Sequence record: KJ190157
From: Escherichia phage vB_EcoS_FFH_1
Strand: one strand, 5' to 3'
DNA: 64,000 bases
In this document: positions 55,742 through 64,000 of the stretch, piece after piece
How positions within the stretch are numbered: position 1 is the stretch's first letter
Layout of the letters: every line of letters starts with the position of its first letter
Position numbers and translations under genes: made by a program
Notes under the pieces: model-generated
Seen by the model: only the letters and a program-made list of their open reading frames with translations
Database searches by the model: none
What the model was told of the DNA's origin: nothing

Positions 55742-56565
55742 TGCGTAGACTAATTATTATTAGCGGTGCGGGTTTGAGTGTTGAAAGTGGTGTACGAGCT
55801 TTTCGTACTGATACTGCTAGTGGTAAAGCATTGTGGGATGATTATAATCTAGAAGAAGTATGTAATATTCATGCCTTTCGTGGTAATTTTTATCATAAAA
55901 CCCATATGTTTTACAACAAGCGACGTGAAGAGTTAGAAACTGTTGAACCTAACCTTGCGCATCTTCGTATTGGTGAGTGGTATAAGAAATATCCGGGTCA
56001 AGTAGTAAATTTGACTACTAACATTGATGACCTTATTGAGCGTGCTGGTGTTCCACATAATGATATTCTCCACATTCATGGATACTTAAAGGAGGTTGTT
56101 GTAGCTGATAGCTACAATAGTAGTAATAAACGAATTATTGATGTTGGGTATAACTCTATTGACCCAGAGGATTATAAATGGGTTAAACCTAACGTTATCT
56201 TCTTTGGTGAGCATGCTCCAGCATATACAGAAATGTACAATGTTTTTGATGGTATTACCAGTCAAGATATGATCATTGTGGTTGGTTGCTCTAACCAAGT
56301 AATTAACTTCTACTGGGAATTATTTCCTGTTCTTAATTTGACTGCTGCCAAATTAATGGTAGTTAACTACTACGATAGTGCCCTAGCGGCAGAACCAGGC
56401 TATCAAGGTATGACTCGTAGTGAGATGTACCAGTTGGAAGATCGTGGTATTCCTTACTGGAGTAAAGGTGCGGTAGATGCTTTTAGTGACCCTGATTTTA
56501 TTGCTCGTGTGGAAGCCCATTTAGAGGGTAGACCTTACGTGCCAGGGAAACAAATATGTCCATAA
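55741..56565 (+). CDS. Sir2-like (sirtuin family) protein
   Basis: 274 aa, probable GTG start; N-terminal GAGLSVESGVRAFR matches the sirtuin NAD-binding signature. Confidence 0.65.
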   Translation: MRRLIIISGAGLSVESGVRAFRTDTASGKALWDDYNLEEVCNIHAFRGNFYHKTHMFYNKRREELETVEPNLAHLRIGEWYKKYPGQVVNLTTNIDDLIERAGVPHNDILHIHGYLKEVVVADSYNSSNKRIIDVGYNSIDPEDYKWVKPNVIFFGEHAPAYTEMYNVFDGITSQDMIIVVGCSNQVINFYWELFPVLNLTAAKLMVVNYYDSALAAEPGYQGMTRSEMYQLEDRGIPYWSKGAVDAFSDPDFIARVEAHLEGRPYVPGKQICP

Positions 56566-56738
56566 TTAAATCTGTGTATACACACCCTGATGATATATTT
56601 GTATGGGCGGACGGTAGTTGGTGCTATCGCTGTGAACTGTGGGAAATGGACTATAAATCCGATGACTATGGTGTCATATATGTTGATACGGCTGAGTATG
56701 ATACGTTCTTAGAAAGGAACAAAAATGGAAATAAGTAA
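56556..56738 (+). CDS. hypothetical protein
   Basis: 60 aa. Confidence 0.4.
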   Translation: MSIIKSVYTHPDDIFVWADGSWCYRCELWEMDYKSDDYGVIYVDTAEYDTFLERNKNGNK

Positions 56739-57231
56739 TACTCCAATTATTTTTCTAGACATTGATGGGGTGCTCAATTCGAGCATCTCCCACCATCATG
56801 CACCTGATGATGAAAAGATTTTCTTTGGAAGTGACTGGGTTTTCAAACCGCTTCTCAAGGCTTTTCAGGACTTTATTCGTCCTTCTCCGATAATGATTGT
56901 TGGGGTATCCTCATGGTTCTCTGTCAGGAATGAGATGGAGAACGTTCAGATTATGACCGGATTAGGTCTTATCGATCGTTTTCTTGGTACAACGGATTTT
57001 ACTGGTGGTGGGCTATCTAGGGGTAATTCTGTTCTTCGCTTCGTTGAAAAGCATAAGCTCAAACATTGGTGTGTACTGGATGACGCTGGTGCTATGATGT
57101 ATCAGTATCCAACGGTTATAGTCAATGGTAGAACTGGAATAAATCTTCAAGATTTAAAAGCTGTTAGCTATATGCTAGAATTTAGCCCAGATCTTGAAAT
57201 GTGTAAATCCTTACAACAATTTAAGGTGTAA
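56725..57231 (+). CDS. HAD-superfamily hydrolase-like protein
   Basis: 168 aa; HAD motif I IIFLDIDGVLN. Confidence 0.55.
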   Translation: MEISNTPIIFLDIDGVLNSSISHHHAPDDEKIFFGSDWVFKPLLKAFQDFIRPSPIMIVGVSSWFSVRNEMENVQIMTGLGLIDRFLGTTDFTGGGLSRGNSVLRFVEKHKLKHWCVLDDAGAMMYQYPTVIVNGRTGINLQDLKAVSYMLEFSPDLEMCKSLQQFKV

Positions 57232-57233
57232 AT

Positions 57234-57662
57234 ATGTTCAATAATGTATTCTCTAAAGAAGCTAACCCAATTTTGGTTAACTTTTGGCGTACTCTCCCAG
57301 CTAGCCTGTATAATGAGGCTATTAACTCTTTGAAAATATGGTGTGAGAATAACGAAATCTCCTTTGCTTTTAAAGATGATATTGATGAGGCTCCCTGTAT
57401 TGTTTTAATTGTGCAGGTAGAGGAGGGTCTTGAAGAGATTGTGGGCTGGAAAGAGTTAGACGAAATGGGCTTAGTTTTTGCGTTAAATTATAAACTGTTT
57501 ATGCCTGCTAAGCATCGCCTTGTTGTTAACTATAAAACTAGTGAATCTCCTGGTTTTCAGGTTAATGAACGTTATGGTTGGTCTTACTCACCGGAAGAAG
57601 TAAATGAGGGGATTCAGAAACTTCGACGTTTCGGGTATATGATCCCGGGTTTAACTGCTTAA
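57234..57662 (+). CDS. hypothetical protein, paralog A
   Basis: 142 aa; shares blocks with downstream gene. Confidence 0.5.
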   Translation: MFNNVFSKEANPILVNFWRTLPASLYNEAINSLKIWCENNEISFAFKDDIDEAPCIVLIVQVEEGLEEIVGWKELDEMGLVFALNYKLFMPAKHRLVVNYKTSESPGFQVNERYGWSYSPEEVNEGIQKLRRFGYMIPGLTA

Positions 57663-57671
57663 GGAGGCAGG

Positions 57672-58064
57672 ATGGAACAAGTATATTGGCGTCAGATTGA
57701 CCCTAGTTTGGTGAAACGTGCGGAGAAGCTGCTACAACGTTGGTTGGGGGTAAGGCAAGCCTCCTTCTCTTTTCCGGAGCAGCAAACGGATGATCCATGC
57801 ATTGGCGTTTTCCTGTCTGGATATGCCGGGGAATGGGAGATGGATTGGAATGAATTGTCCGCTATGGGTTTAATTGTTGCCCTAAATTTCTCTTTGTTCC
57901 ATCCACGTGGTTTGGCCATATGTCGTGTGCCTGATGACGGTTGTTCGCCCCATCTTTTACAGGTGGAAGATGATATTTGGGAGTACACTCCAGATATTCT
58001 CAAAGAAGCTAAAGAACAATTAAACCGTGTTGGGATTTATGTTCCAGGCCTAAATGATGAATGA
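57672..58064 (+). CDS. hypothetical protein, paralog B
   Basis: 130 aa; RBS AAGGAGG; terminator at 58091-58118. Confidence 0.5.
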   Translation: MEQVYWRQIDPSLVKRAEKLLQRWLGVRQASFSFPEQQTDDPCIGVFLSGYAGEWEMDWNELSAMGLIVALNFSLFHPRGLAICRVPDDGCSPHLLQVEDDIWEYTPDILKEAKEQLNRVGIYVPGLNDE

Positions 58065-58090
58065 TTTTTACTAGCTGAACTCTGATTACC

Positions 58091-58118
58091 GAGTCAAAAT
58101 GACTCGGTTTTATCCGTA
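58091..58118 (+). terminator. rho-independent terminator
   Basis: CCGAGTCA-AAA-TGACTCGG followed by TTTTAT. Confidence 0.7.
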
Positions 58119-58155
58119 CTCAAGACCAATGATAGCACCATCCGGAAAATTTTAC

Positions 58156-58184
58156 TTGCAGGATGCCCAAAATCTTGATATAAT
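58156..58184 (+). promoter_or_regulatory. sigma70 promoter with ~490-nt leader before the 929-aa NTPase gene
   Basis: TTGCAG, 17 bp, TATAAT. Confidence 0.6.
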
Positions 58185-58676
58185 ATTTATATTGAGAGAC
58201 ATTAGTAAAAATTGATTTTGCTAATTTTTCTTGTTTACAATCCGCGATACGGAACAGTTAGGCTGCCCCATTAAGGGTTGTTTTAACTATTACTAGTGTT
58301 TATATTGCATTAGTTAATCTTCAATTAAGTGATCTGTGTACCCTGAATTCGGAAAGGTAAATCCAAACCGTGCATATTTAGCTCGTTATATAGGCAGAGC
58401 TTTATATGGGGGTGCGAACGAAAAGAGCAGCGAATGGCGGCACGTACAGTAGTCACCTACCAATAGGATAGTGAGGACAAATAGAATCGGCTTAGCGGCC
58501 AATGACCTAGGTTCTATTCTGTATATGAGCGAAGAGAGCACAGCACTGAGATATGATAACTTATTCATATTGTTTGATGATAATTGATGTTTACGTAAAT
58601 AGTAGTAATAGTTGTTCTATTCTTTCTGAATAGTCCTAAAGAAAAGATTTCTATTAATCAACACAGGAGTATTGTT

Positions 58677-61466
58677 GTGTTTTCTATCCTCCAAGGTCAC
58701 GCCGGTTTTTCTCGTGATTTAGCAACAGGTATTTGGCGAGAAATCAAAGCGGAAGATTATACCTTTGCCAAACGATTCTCGAAAGAGCATCCAGAAGGTA
58801 AACCAGCTTCTATGCCCTTCAAATTTGATGTAATAGAAGAGCACGACCCACAAAGCCTTGCCGAAATGTTACCACTTATGAGACGTTTAACGTCTGACCC
58901 TCATATCGTTGCGGTACGAGGTCGATGTCTTGCACCTAAAAATAATGTGCGACGTAAGAAAGGTAACTTTAATGTATCCAACCCTAGCAATATTATTGCT
59001 ATGGACGTGGATGGTATCCTAGATACCGGTGGGTATGACAAGTTTAATCTTGTAGGTATGGCTCGCCACATTATTAAGATGTTGAATAGTATTAGTGAGG
59101 ATATGTTTCCTCTTGATGCAGGGTTTATTGCTCATGCATCGTCTTCGGCTGGCCTAAAACCAGGTATCCGAATGCACTTAATGCTAGAATCTAACGTCAA
59201 GGTAACTCAAGGTCAGTTAAAGTTCTTATTTACGTCTATCAATGATAGTAGTAAGCAAAAATTCGGTTTTGATATTGCCGACTTAGCTTATTACTCATCT
59301 GTCCAGCTTCACTATTTTGCCGACCCTTTATTTAGCGATGGTATTGTTGATCCGTTTAAAGCGGAGAGTAAGCCACGTCTGGTATATGTTAAAGGTTCGA
59401 AGGTAAATTTGCCCAATAATCTGGTTGACTATGAAACAACTAGAGGGGAATTTAAGGAAGAGTTTTATTCTTTACTTGATCAAATTAAAGGCAAAAAGAT
59501 TGCTTCTGATAAAGTAGAAGAAACCATCAGCGAATTGGAAGAAGCCGAGGATGGGGTGTACTTGCGTATTATCCCCAAACTCTACCATAGAGCATTAGAG
59601 GATGGTGTTGATTTCGCATGGCTAGAACGCGAGATTAAACCCGCTTTATCTGAATATATTGCAACTAAAGATAACAGTCGTAATATTCAAGATTACTTTA
59701 ATAACGGTCGTAAGCAGGCTCTCAAAGCGTTTGTTAATAATTCTAAACGTGAGATCCCATTAAATCTGAAGGGTGTTCCACTCAAGAAATTAGAAGTGGA
59801 TTCTCCACCAGAAGTTCCGTACCTGAAGATTAACATTGTGCCTCCAAAAGGCCATATAACATTTGTTAAGGCAAGTCTTGGTACTGGTAAGACTACGGCA
59901 GTAACTAAATGGCTGGACGCAGGTGTTCTTCCTGGCAACTTTTTAGCAGTTACAAATACTAGAGCACTGGTATCTTCAAACGCTAAGAAATTTAGCGCAG
60001 GACAATATGATAAGTCTGTAGATATGCTCAACTTTAAACGTGGAGCTATTGATCGTATGTCTACAACTATCCACTCTTTGCATAAGTTCAAAAGTTTTAT
60101 TGGTCAAATAGATACCATTTTTATTGATGAATGTGATGCTGTAATGAATGATCTATTATTCGCACCTGTTGTTAAGCAACGTCGCGAATGTATTCAAGTT
60201 CTACGTGACATCCTCATGACAGCTAAAACTGTAATTCTATCAGATGGTGATATTAGTGCCGAAACTATTGAAGCATATGGTTCTCTAATTGATTTTGATA
60301 AACCAGTAGCATTTTATAATCATCACCGTAAGATGCTGTCAAAAGCTCATGCTTATGAGTTCCCGGATGAATCCAGTATTTGGGTTGCACTTCAGACCTC
60401 TCTAGAGATGGGTGAGAAATCTATCCTAGTATCTGATTGTGGGCCGGATGAACTGAATGAGAAGGGCATGGCATTGCGTCGTAATACGGGTGCGCTAGTT
60501 AAGGAAATCCACTCAAACTCCACTTCAGATGTGGATATTAGACGTATTCTGGATTATACGACTAATGAGTTAATTGATCAACAAATTGACTGCTTATTAT
60601 GTAGTCCATCCGTAACGAGTGGCGTTGATTTCAACTATTTTGATAACGTATTTGTTATTACTAGAACTAGTAATCAAGCGCCAAACATGCGTTTCCAAGC
60701 AATTAGGCGCGACCGTGGTGCTCAGAATATCTATTATTTTATTGATAAATCTACGAGTGGATTCTCCGCAGGTTCTGAACAATATAATATTGATGAGGGT
60801 TGGCTGGAGTTAGCACAGCAATTATACGCACGTCGCAGAGAGCTAGAATCTAGGAACTATACTAGTACTTTACGTTATTACTTGCTTGATCAGGGTGCAA
60901 CTATTGATATTTTCAGTGAAAGTTGGGGAACTATTGAAGGTGCTGGTAAAGAGTACACAGAAGAGCGAATTAAAGCTATTCTACATTCAACTCCTGATTA
61001 TTGTGCTCCACGTCATGCGGATGCGTATGAAGCTAAACTACTTCTTGTCCGCTATTATCATCTTGAGTCTATTAAAGATGTAACAGTTGAGCATGTTGAA
61101 CAATATATCAAAGATAAACCGAATGATCGAGCTGCATTCTTCCATAAGATGCACGAGATGTTCTGGGAAGATATTAAGAAGTGTTCAAATGTGACCATTA
61201 AACCATTCATAGAGGCTCTGAAAGGTAAGAAGAAAGACTTCTTCCTTAAAACAGGTCAGAGTGCTAACCCAAAATATGCTAGAATGTATCTTGGTATGAT
61301 GGGTATTGGTAAGGATATGAACACTGAAAATATTGTAGACTGGTACAGAACCTATTGTAAAATCGAGTGTATGCCAATCCCATATAAGTTTATGACTGAT
61401 GAGGAGAAACATATGCATGATGAAGCAATGGCAGAGCTAGGTGCTAGAAATGACAGTGAAGAATAA
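58677..61466 (+). CDS. large NTPase/helicase-like protein (possible replication origin-binding protein)
   Basis: 929 aa, probable GTG start after AGGAG; Walker A SLGTGKTTAV and Walker B IFIDECDAV. Confidence 0.55.
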   Translation: MFSILQGHAGFSRDLATGIWREIKAEDYTFAKRFSKEHPEGKPASMPFKFDVIEEHDPQSLAEMLPLMRRLTSDPHIVAVRGRCLAPKNNVRRKKGNFNVSNPSNIIAMDVDGILDTGGYDKFNLVGMARHIIKMLNSISEDMFPLDAGFIAHASSSAGLKPGIRMHLMLESNVKVTQGQLKFLFTSINDSSKQKFGFDIADLAYYSSVQLHYFADPLFSDGIVDPFKAESKPRLVYVKGSKVNLPNNLVDYETTRGEFKEEFYSLLDQIKGKKIASDKVEETISELEEAEDGVYLRIIPKLYHRALEDGVDFAWLEREIKPALSEYIATKDNSRNIQDYFNNGRKQALKAFVNNSKREIPLNLKGVPLKKLEVDSPPEVPYLKINIVPPKGHITFVKASLGTGKTTAVTKWLDAGVLPGNFLAVTNTRALVSSNAKKFSAGQYDKSVDMLNFKRGAIDRMSTTIHSLHKFKSFIGQIDTIFIDECDAVMNDLLFAPVVKQRRECIQVLRDILMTAKTVILSDGDISAETIEAYGSLIDFDKPVAFYNHHRKMLSKAHAYEFPDESSIWVALQTSLEMGEKSILVSDCGPDELNEKGMALRRNTGALVKEIHSNSTSDVDIRRILDYTTNELIDQQIDCLLCSPSVTSGVDFNYFDNVFVITRTSNQAPNMRFQAIRRDRGAQNIYYFIDKSTSGFSAGSEQYNIDEGWLELAQQLYARRRELESRNYTSTLRYYLLDQGATIDIFSESWGTIEGAGKEYTEERIKAILHSTPDYCAPRHADAYEAKLLLVRYYHLESIKDVTVEHVEQYIKDKPNDRAAFFHKMHEMFWEDIKKCSNVTIKPFIEALKGKKKDFFLKTGQSANPKYARMYLGMMGIGKDMNTENIVDWYRTYCKIECMPIPYKFMTDEEKHMHDEAMAELGARNDSEE

Positions 61467-61683
61467 AAAATGGGAAACAAGGAAGTTCCCAGTAAAAGAA
61501 CGTAAAGTTCCTGTTTATGATACTTCGGAAAAGCTATGTAGGGTGGTACCGCATAGATTAGCTGGTATCCCTAACATATCCGAATGGTTACTTAAACAAC
61601 GGAAAACAAACGTGTCTCTTCGCATCGGCTTTGAGTTAGATAAAGTCTATGCTGAACTTGCTTCTTTGCTCAAGGAATCGTAA
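61441..61683 (+). CDS. hypothetical protein
   Basis: 80 aa. Confidence 0.4.
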   Translation: MLEMTVKNKKWETRKFPVKERKVPVYDTSEKLCRVVPHRLAGIPNISEWLLKQRKTNVSLRIGFELDKVYAELASLLKES

Positions 61684-61691
61684 AAATTTAT

Positions 61692-61720
61692 TTGCATAGT
61701 TCAAAAAATTTCTGTATAAT
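61692..61720 (+). promoter_or_regulatory. T5-type sigma70 promoter
   Basis: TTGCAT, 17 bp, TATAAT. Confidence 0.7.
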
Positions 61721-61751
61721 AGATTCATAAATTTGAGAGAGGAGTTTAAAT

Positions 61752-62456
61752 ATGGCTGGTTCTCGCAGAAAGAAACATATCCATGAAATCCCGGATGAAG
61801 TCTTTAAAAAAGTTATAGAGCATCTGGAGAACGGTGGTACTAAGAAAGCAGCATGTGAAATGCTTGGCGTATCATCCAACCCAACTATGGAAAGGATGAT
61901 AGAAGAGTGGCAAGATCGCCAAATTCAAGTTGCCGAGATGAAGAAAAAGAAACGTGGCACACTCATTGAAGGCATTGAGTTGGCCAACGTTATTGAACAG
62001 TATCTATCTGGCGATTCTTTTGAAGAGATTGCCGATCGTAATTACCGCTCTGTAGCAATGGTTAAATCTGTTCTGGAACGCTATGGTGCTCTGCTTCGTT
62101 TGAACGATATTGTAGATCCATTGAATCCACCAATTATTCCTGATGATGCTGTAGCAGAAGAATTTGAGGTAGGTGAGCTTGTTTGGGTTCCTGGATACCA
62201 GTGTATCGGTGAAATCAAAAAAGCAATGGATACCCCTGTTGGTTGTTACCGTGTATGGCTTCTATCAGAAGGCAAACAACAGAACGTTCATTATATGAAT
62301 TATGAGTTGGCTTCTGTTAAACATCTGGAAAAGCTAGGGGTTGATGTAAAATCTCTAGGGTATAAGTGGACTCGTGAAGAAGTTATTACGTTGATTAACG
62401 AAGCTGTTAAGGCTGCCTTGAAACTTGATAAAGAAAAAGGAAAACGCCGTGAGTAG
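61752..62456 (+). CDS. putative HTH DNA-binding protein
   Basis: 234 aa; N-terminal helix-turn-helix-like segment (GGTKKAACEMLGVS); promoter 61692-61720. Confidence 0.5.
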   Translation: MAGSRRKKHIHEIPDEVFKKVIEHLENGGTKKAACEMLGVSSNPTMERMIEEWQDRQIQVAEMKKKKRGTLIEGIELANVIEQYLSGDSFEEIADRNYRSVAMVKSVLERYGALLRLNDIVDPLNPPIIPDDAVAEEFEVGELVWVPGYQCIGEIKKAMDTPVGCYRVWLLSEGKQQNVHYMNYELASVKHLEKLGVDVKSLGYKWTREEVITLINEAVKAALKLDKEKGKRRE

Positions 62457-62700
62457 ACTAACTGATTTACTTAAAGATGGGGAAATAAAAACACTATATC
62501 GTAGAAGCTGGGATAACGATAATAACGGCTTAGTGTTACTAACTTTAGATGCTGACTCGGATGTAGCTACTCAGCATACCTGGGTAGCCGGTAACTATCC
62601 ATATAGCGAGGTTGTTTCATTAACAGTATGCGAAGCTATTGCAGATGATTGGGAGGTTGCCAGCATCGAGGATATGCTCGCTGTTGGCCTGGTGGAGTAA
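62425..62700 (+). CDS. hypothetical protein
   Basis: 91 aa; true start possibly GTG near 62449. Confidence 0.4.
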   Translation: MIKKKENAVSRLTDLLKDGEIKTLYRRSWDNDNNGLVLLTLDADSDVATQHTWVAGNYPYSEVVSLTVCEAIADDWEVASIEDMLAVGLVE

Positions 62701-62717
62701 CTACTTAAAAATTTCAG

Positions 62718-62746
62718 TTGCTTAATCCTACAATTCTTGATATAAT
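62718..62746 (+). promoter_or_regulatory. T5-type sigma70 promoter
   Basis: TTGCTT, 17 bp, TATAAT. Confidence 0.7.
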
Positions 62747-62803
62747 ATTCTCATAGTTTGAAAGAACTATTCTGTTTAATTCTTAATTAAGGAAATATAA
62801 AAT

Positions 62804-63214
62804 ATGACTACTCCAACTCAGTGGACTGATGAACTGTTCGAAAAAATGTCTTCCGAATACGTTGCTCGTATGGAGCAATTCCCAGAGGATGAACGTCCGG
62901 GTGTTAGCATGGAAATTGTTAGCGAAATTGCCCAGGAAAACGGTGTAACTCCGAACGGTTTTCGTATGAAGCTGACTAAAGCAGGTTTGTATATTAAGAA
63001 AGCTGCTGGTTCTACTTCTAAATCTAGCGCATCTACTGGAGAAAAAGCTTCTGGTGGTTCTCGTACCTCCAAAGCTCAAGCCCATGCCGACCTTCGCGCA
63101 GCATTCTCTGACGCTGGCTTAGCACCAGATTTTCTGGATGATGCAATTATCGACAAACTGACCGGTAAAGCGGCTGCTCATCTGGCAGAAGCAATCCGAG
63201 CTATCACTAAGTAA
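62804..63214 (+). CDS. hypothetical protein
   Basis: 136 aa; promoter 62718-62746. Confidence 0.55.
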   Translation: MTTPTQWTDELFEKMSSEYVARMEQFPEDERPGVSMEIVSEIAQENGVTPNGFRMKLTKAGLYIKKAAGSTSKSSASTGEKASGGSRTSKAQAHADLRAAFSDAGLAPDFLDDAIIDKLTGKAAAHLAEAIRAITK

Positions 63215-63250
63215 TTTTTAGATAAATCCACCAACAAAAGGAACACAGTT

Positions 63251-63547
63251 ATGACCAAAGCTGAAATTATCGCACAATGTGAAAAATTTGGTGAGTTTTA
63301 TCTTCATTACGAGAAACTTCGTCAGAAAGGAACCACGTACCTTCAGGGTACGATGGAATTTGATCCAGCCCAAGATAAATATCTGGCTGAGCGTATTAAA
63401 CGTGAACGTATTCGTAAAGCGAAAGATGATGAGATCCTTGTCTTCTCTCGTACTAATGATAGCTTCCGTTTTATTCCTGTTGAGAAAGTCCGTCGTGTGA
63501 CTAGCCTCCAATCAGAGTTAGATCGTGCTTCTCCAGTAGGCCGATAA
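63251..63547 (+). CDS. hypothetical protein
   Basis: 98 aa; terminator 63555-63582. Confidence 0.5.
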   Translation: MTKAEIIAQCEKFGEFYLHYEKLRQKGTTYLQGTMEFDPAQDKYLAERIKRERIRKAKDDEILVFSRTNDSFRFIPVEKVRRVTSLQSELDRASPVGR

Positions 63548-63554
63548 GAAACCA

Positions 63555-63582
63555 ATTAGCCCCTATATGGGGCTTTTTGTGT
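63555..63582 (+). terminator. rho-independent terminator
   Basis: AGCCCC-TATAT-GGGGCT followed by TTTTTG. Confidence 0.7.
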
Positions 63583-63597
63583 ATTTGGGATATGTAA

Positions 63598-63906
63598 ATG
63601 AGCGAACAGGTAAATCAAAACTATGAAGGACACGTTGATGACCAGTCCATCATACTTTGGGAGAAGGAGGGGGAACAAGTAAGATTAACAGTATCGGAAT
63701 TTCGTGGGAATCTATACATGGGTATTCGTTACTGGCTTCTTGATATTAATGATGAATGGTTTCCAACGAAATCTGGCTTCTCTTTTCCTTACACCCTAGA
63801 AACAACATCACAGCTTTTCTACGCGTTTACACAGATTCTTAGTGAATCTGAGGTTTTACATGAGGTACAGAAACGAGCTGAAGAACTCAAAGCCAAGAAT
63901 GCCTAG
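63598..63906 (+). CDS. hypothetical protein
   Basis: 102 aa. Confidence 0.5.
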   Translation: MSEQVNQNYEGHVDDQSIILWEKEGEQVRLTVSEFRGNLYMGIRYWLLDINDEWFPTKSGFSFPYTLETTSQLFYAFTQILSESEVLHEVQKRAEELKAKNA

Positions 63907-63933
63907 TTCTTGGCTTTTTCTTTATAAATGTAT

Positions 63934-63962
63934 TTGCTTTCAACTCAGTTTTGTTATATAAT
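63934..63962 (+). promoter_or_regulatory. T5-type sigma70 promoter (gene truncated at window end)
   Basis: TTGCTT, 17 bp, TATAAT; ATG at 63994. Confidence 0.65.
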
Positions 63963-64000
63963 ATTTATATAAATTGATGAGAGATACAAATAAATGACTA

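Noticed and set aside
58386-58568. Minus-strand 60-aa ORF in the long leader
   Set aside because: No promoter or RBS, opposite to local transcription direction; retained only as part of the non-coding leader observation.

Overview
The window looks like a T5-like (Tequintavirus-type) lytic coliphage genome segment, running from the pre-early terminal-repeat region into the early region. From the left: dmp, A1 and A2 on the minus strand; a repeat-rich non-coding block with DnaA boxes, large inverted repeats and eight copies of a TGTGCAAATCCGACA motif (1-10 kb); a long run of small minus-strand early genes, including phosphatases, holin, endolysin, a ClpP-like protease and dNMP kinase (10-28 kb); a cluster of about 24 hand-traced minus-strand tRNA genes interleaved with small ORFs and tRNA-like RNAs (28-36 kb, plus two outliers near 39.2-39.9 kb); then RNase H, thymidylate synthase, DHFR, NrdB, an HNH endonuclease, NrdA and PhoH (45-52.7 kb); and, after a divergent promoter region, plus-strand genes for NrdD, a Sir2-like protein, a HAD-like protein, a tandem paralog pair and a 929-aa Walker A/B NTPase (53-64 kb). 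Most minus-strand units are preceded by a highly stereotyped strong sigma70 promoter (TTGCTT/TTGCTA, 17 bp, TATAAT, upstream A/T tract). The most unusual feature is a plus-strand, E. coli-like-codon three-gene module at 36.5-38.1 kb (Gly/Gln-rich, Gln-rich and Cys-rich proteins) convergent with an SPFH gene. All calls are from reading the sequence and recalled family motifs; no searches were run, and tRNA coordinates and anticodons are manual cloverleaf traces.
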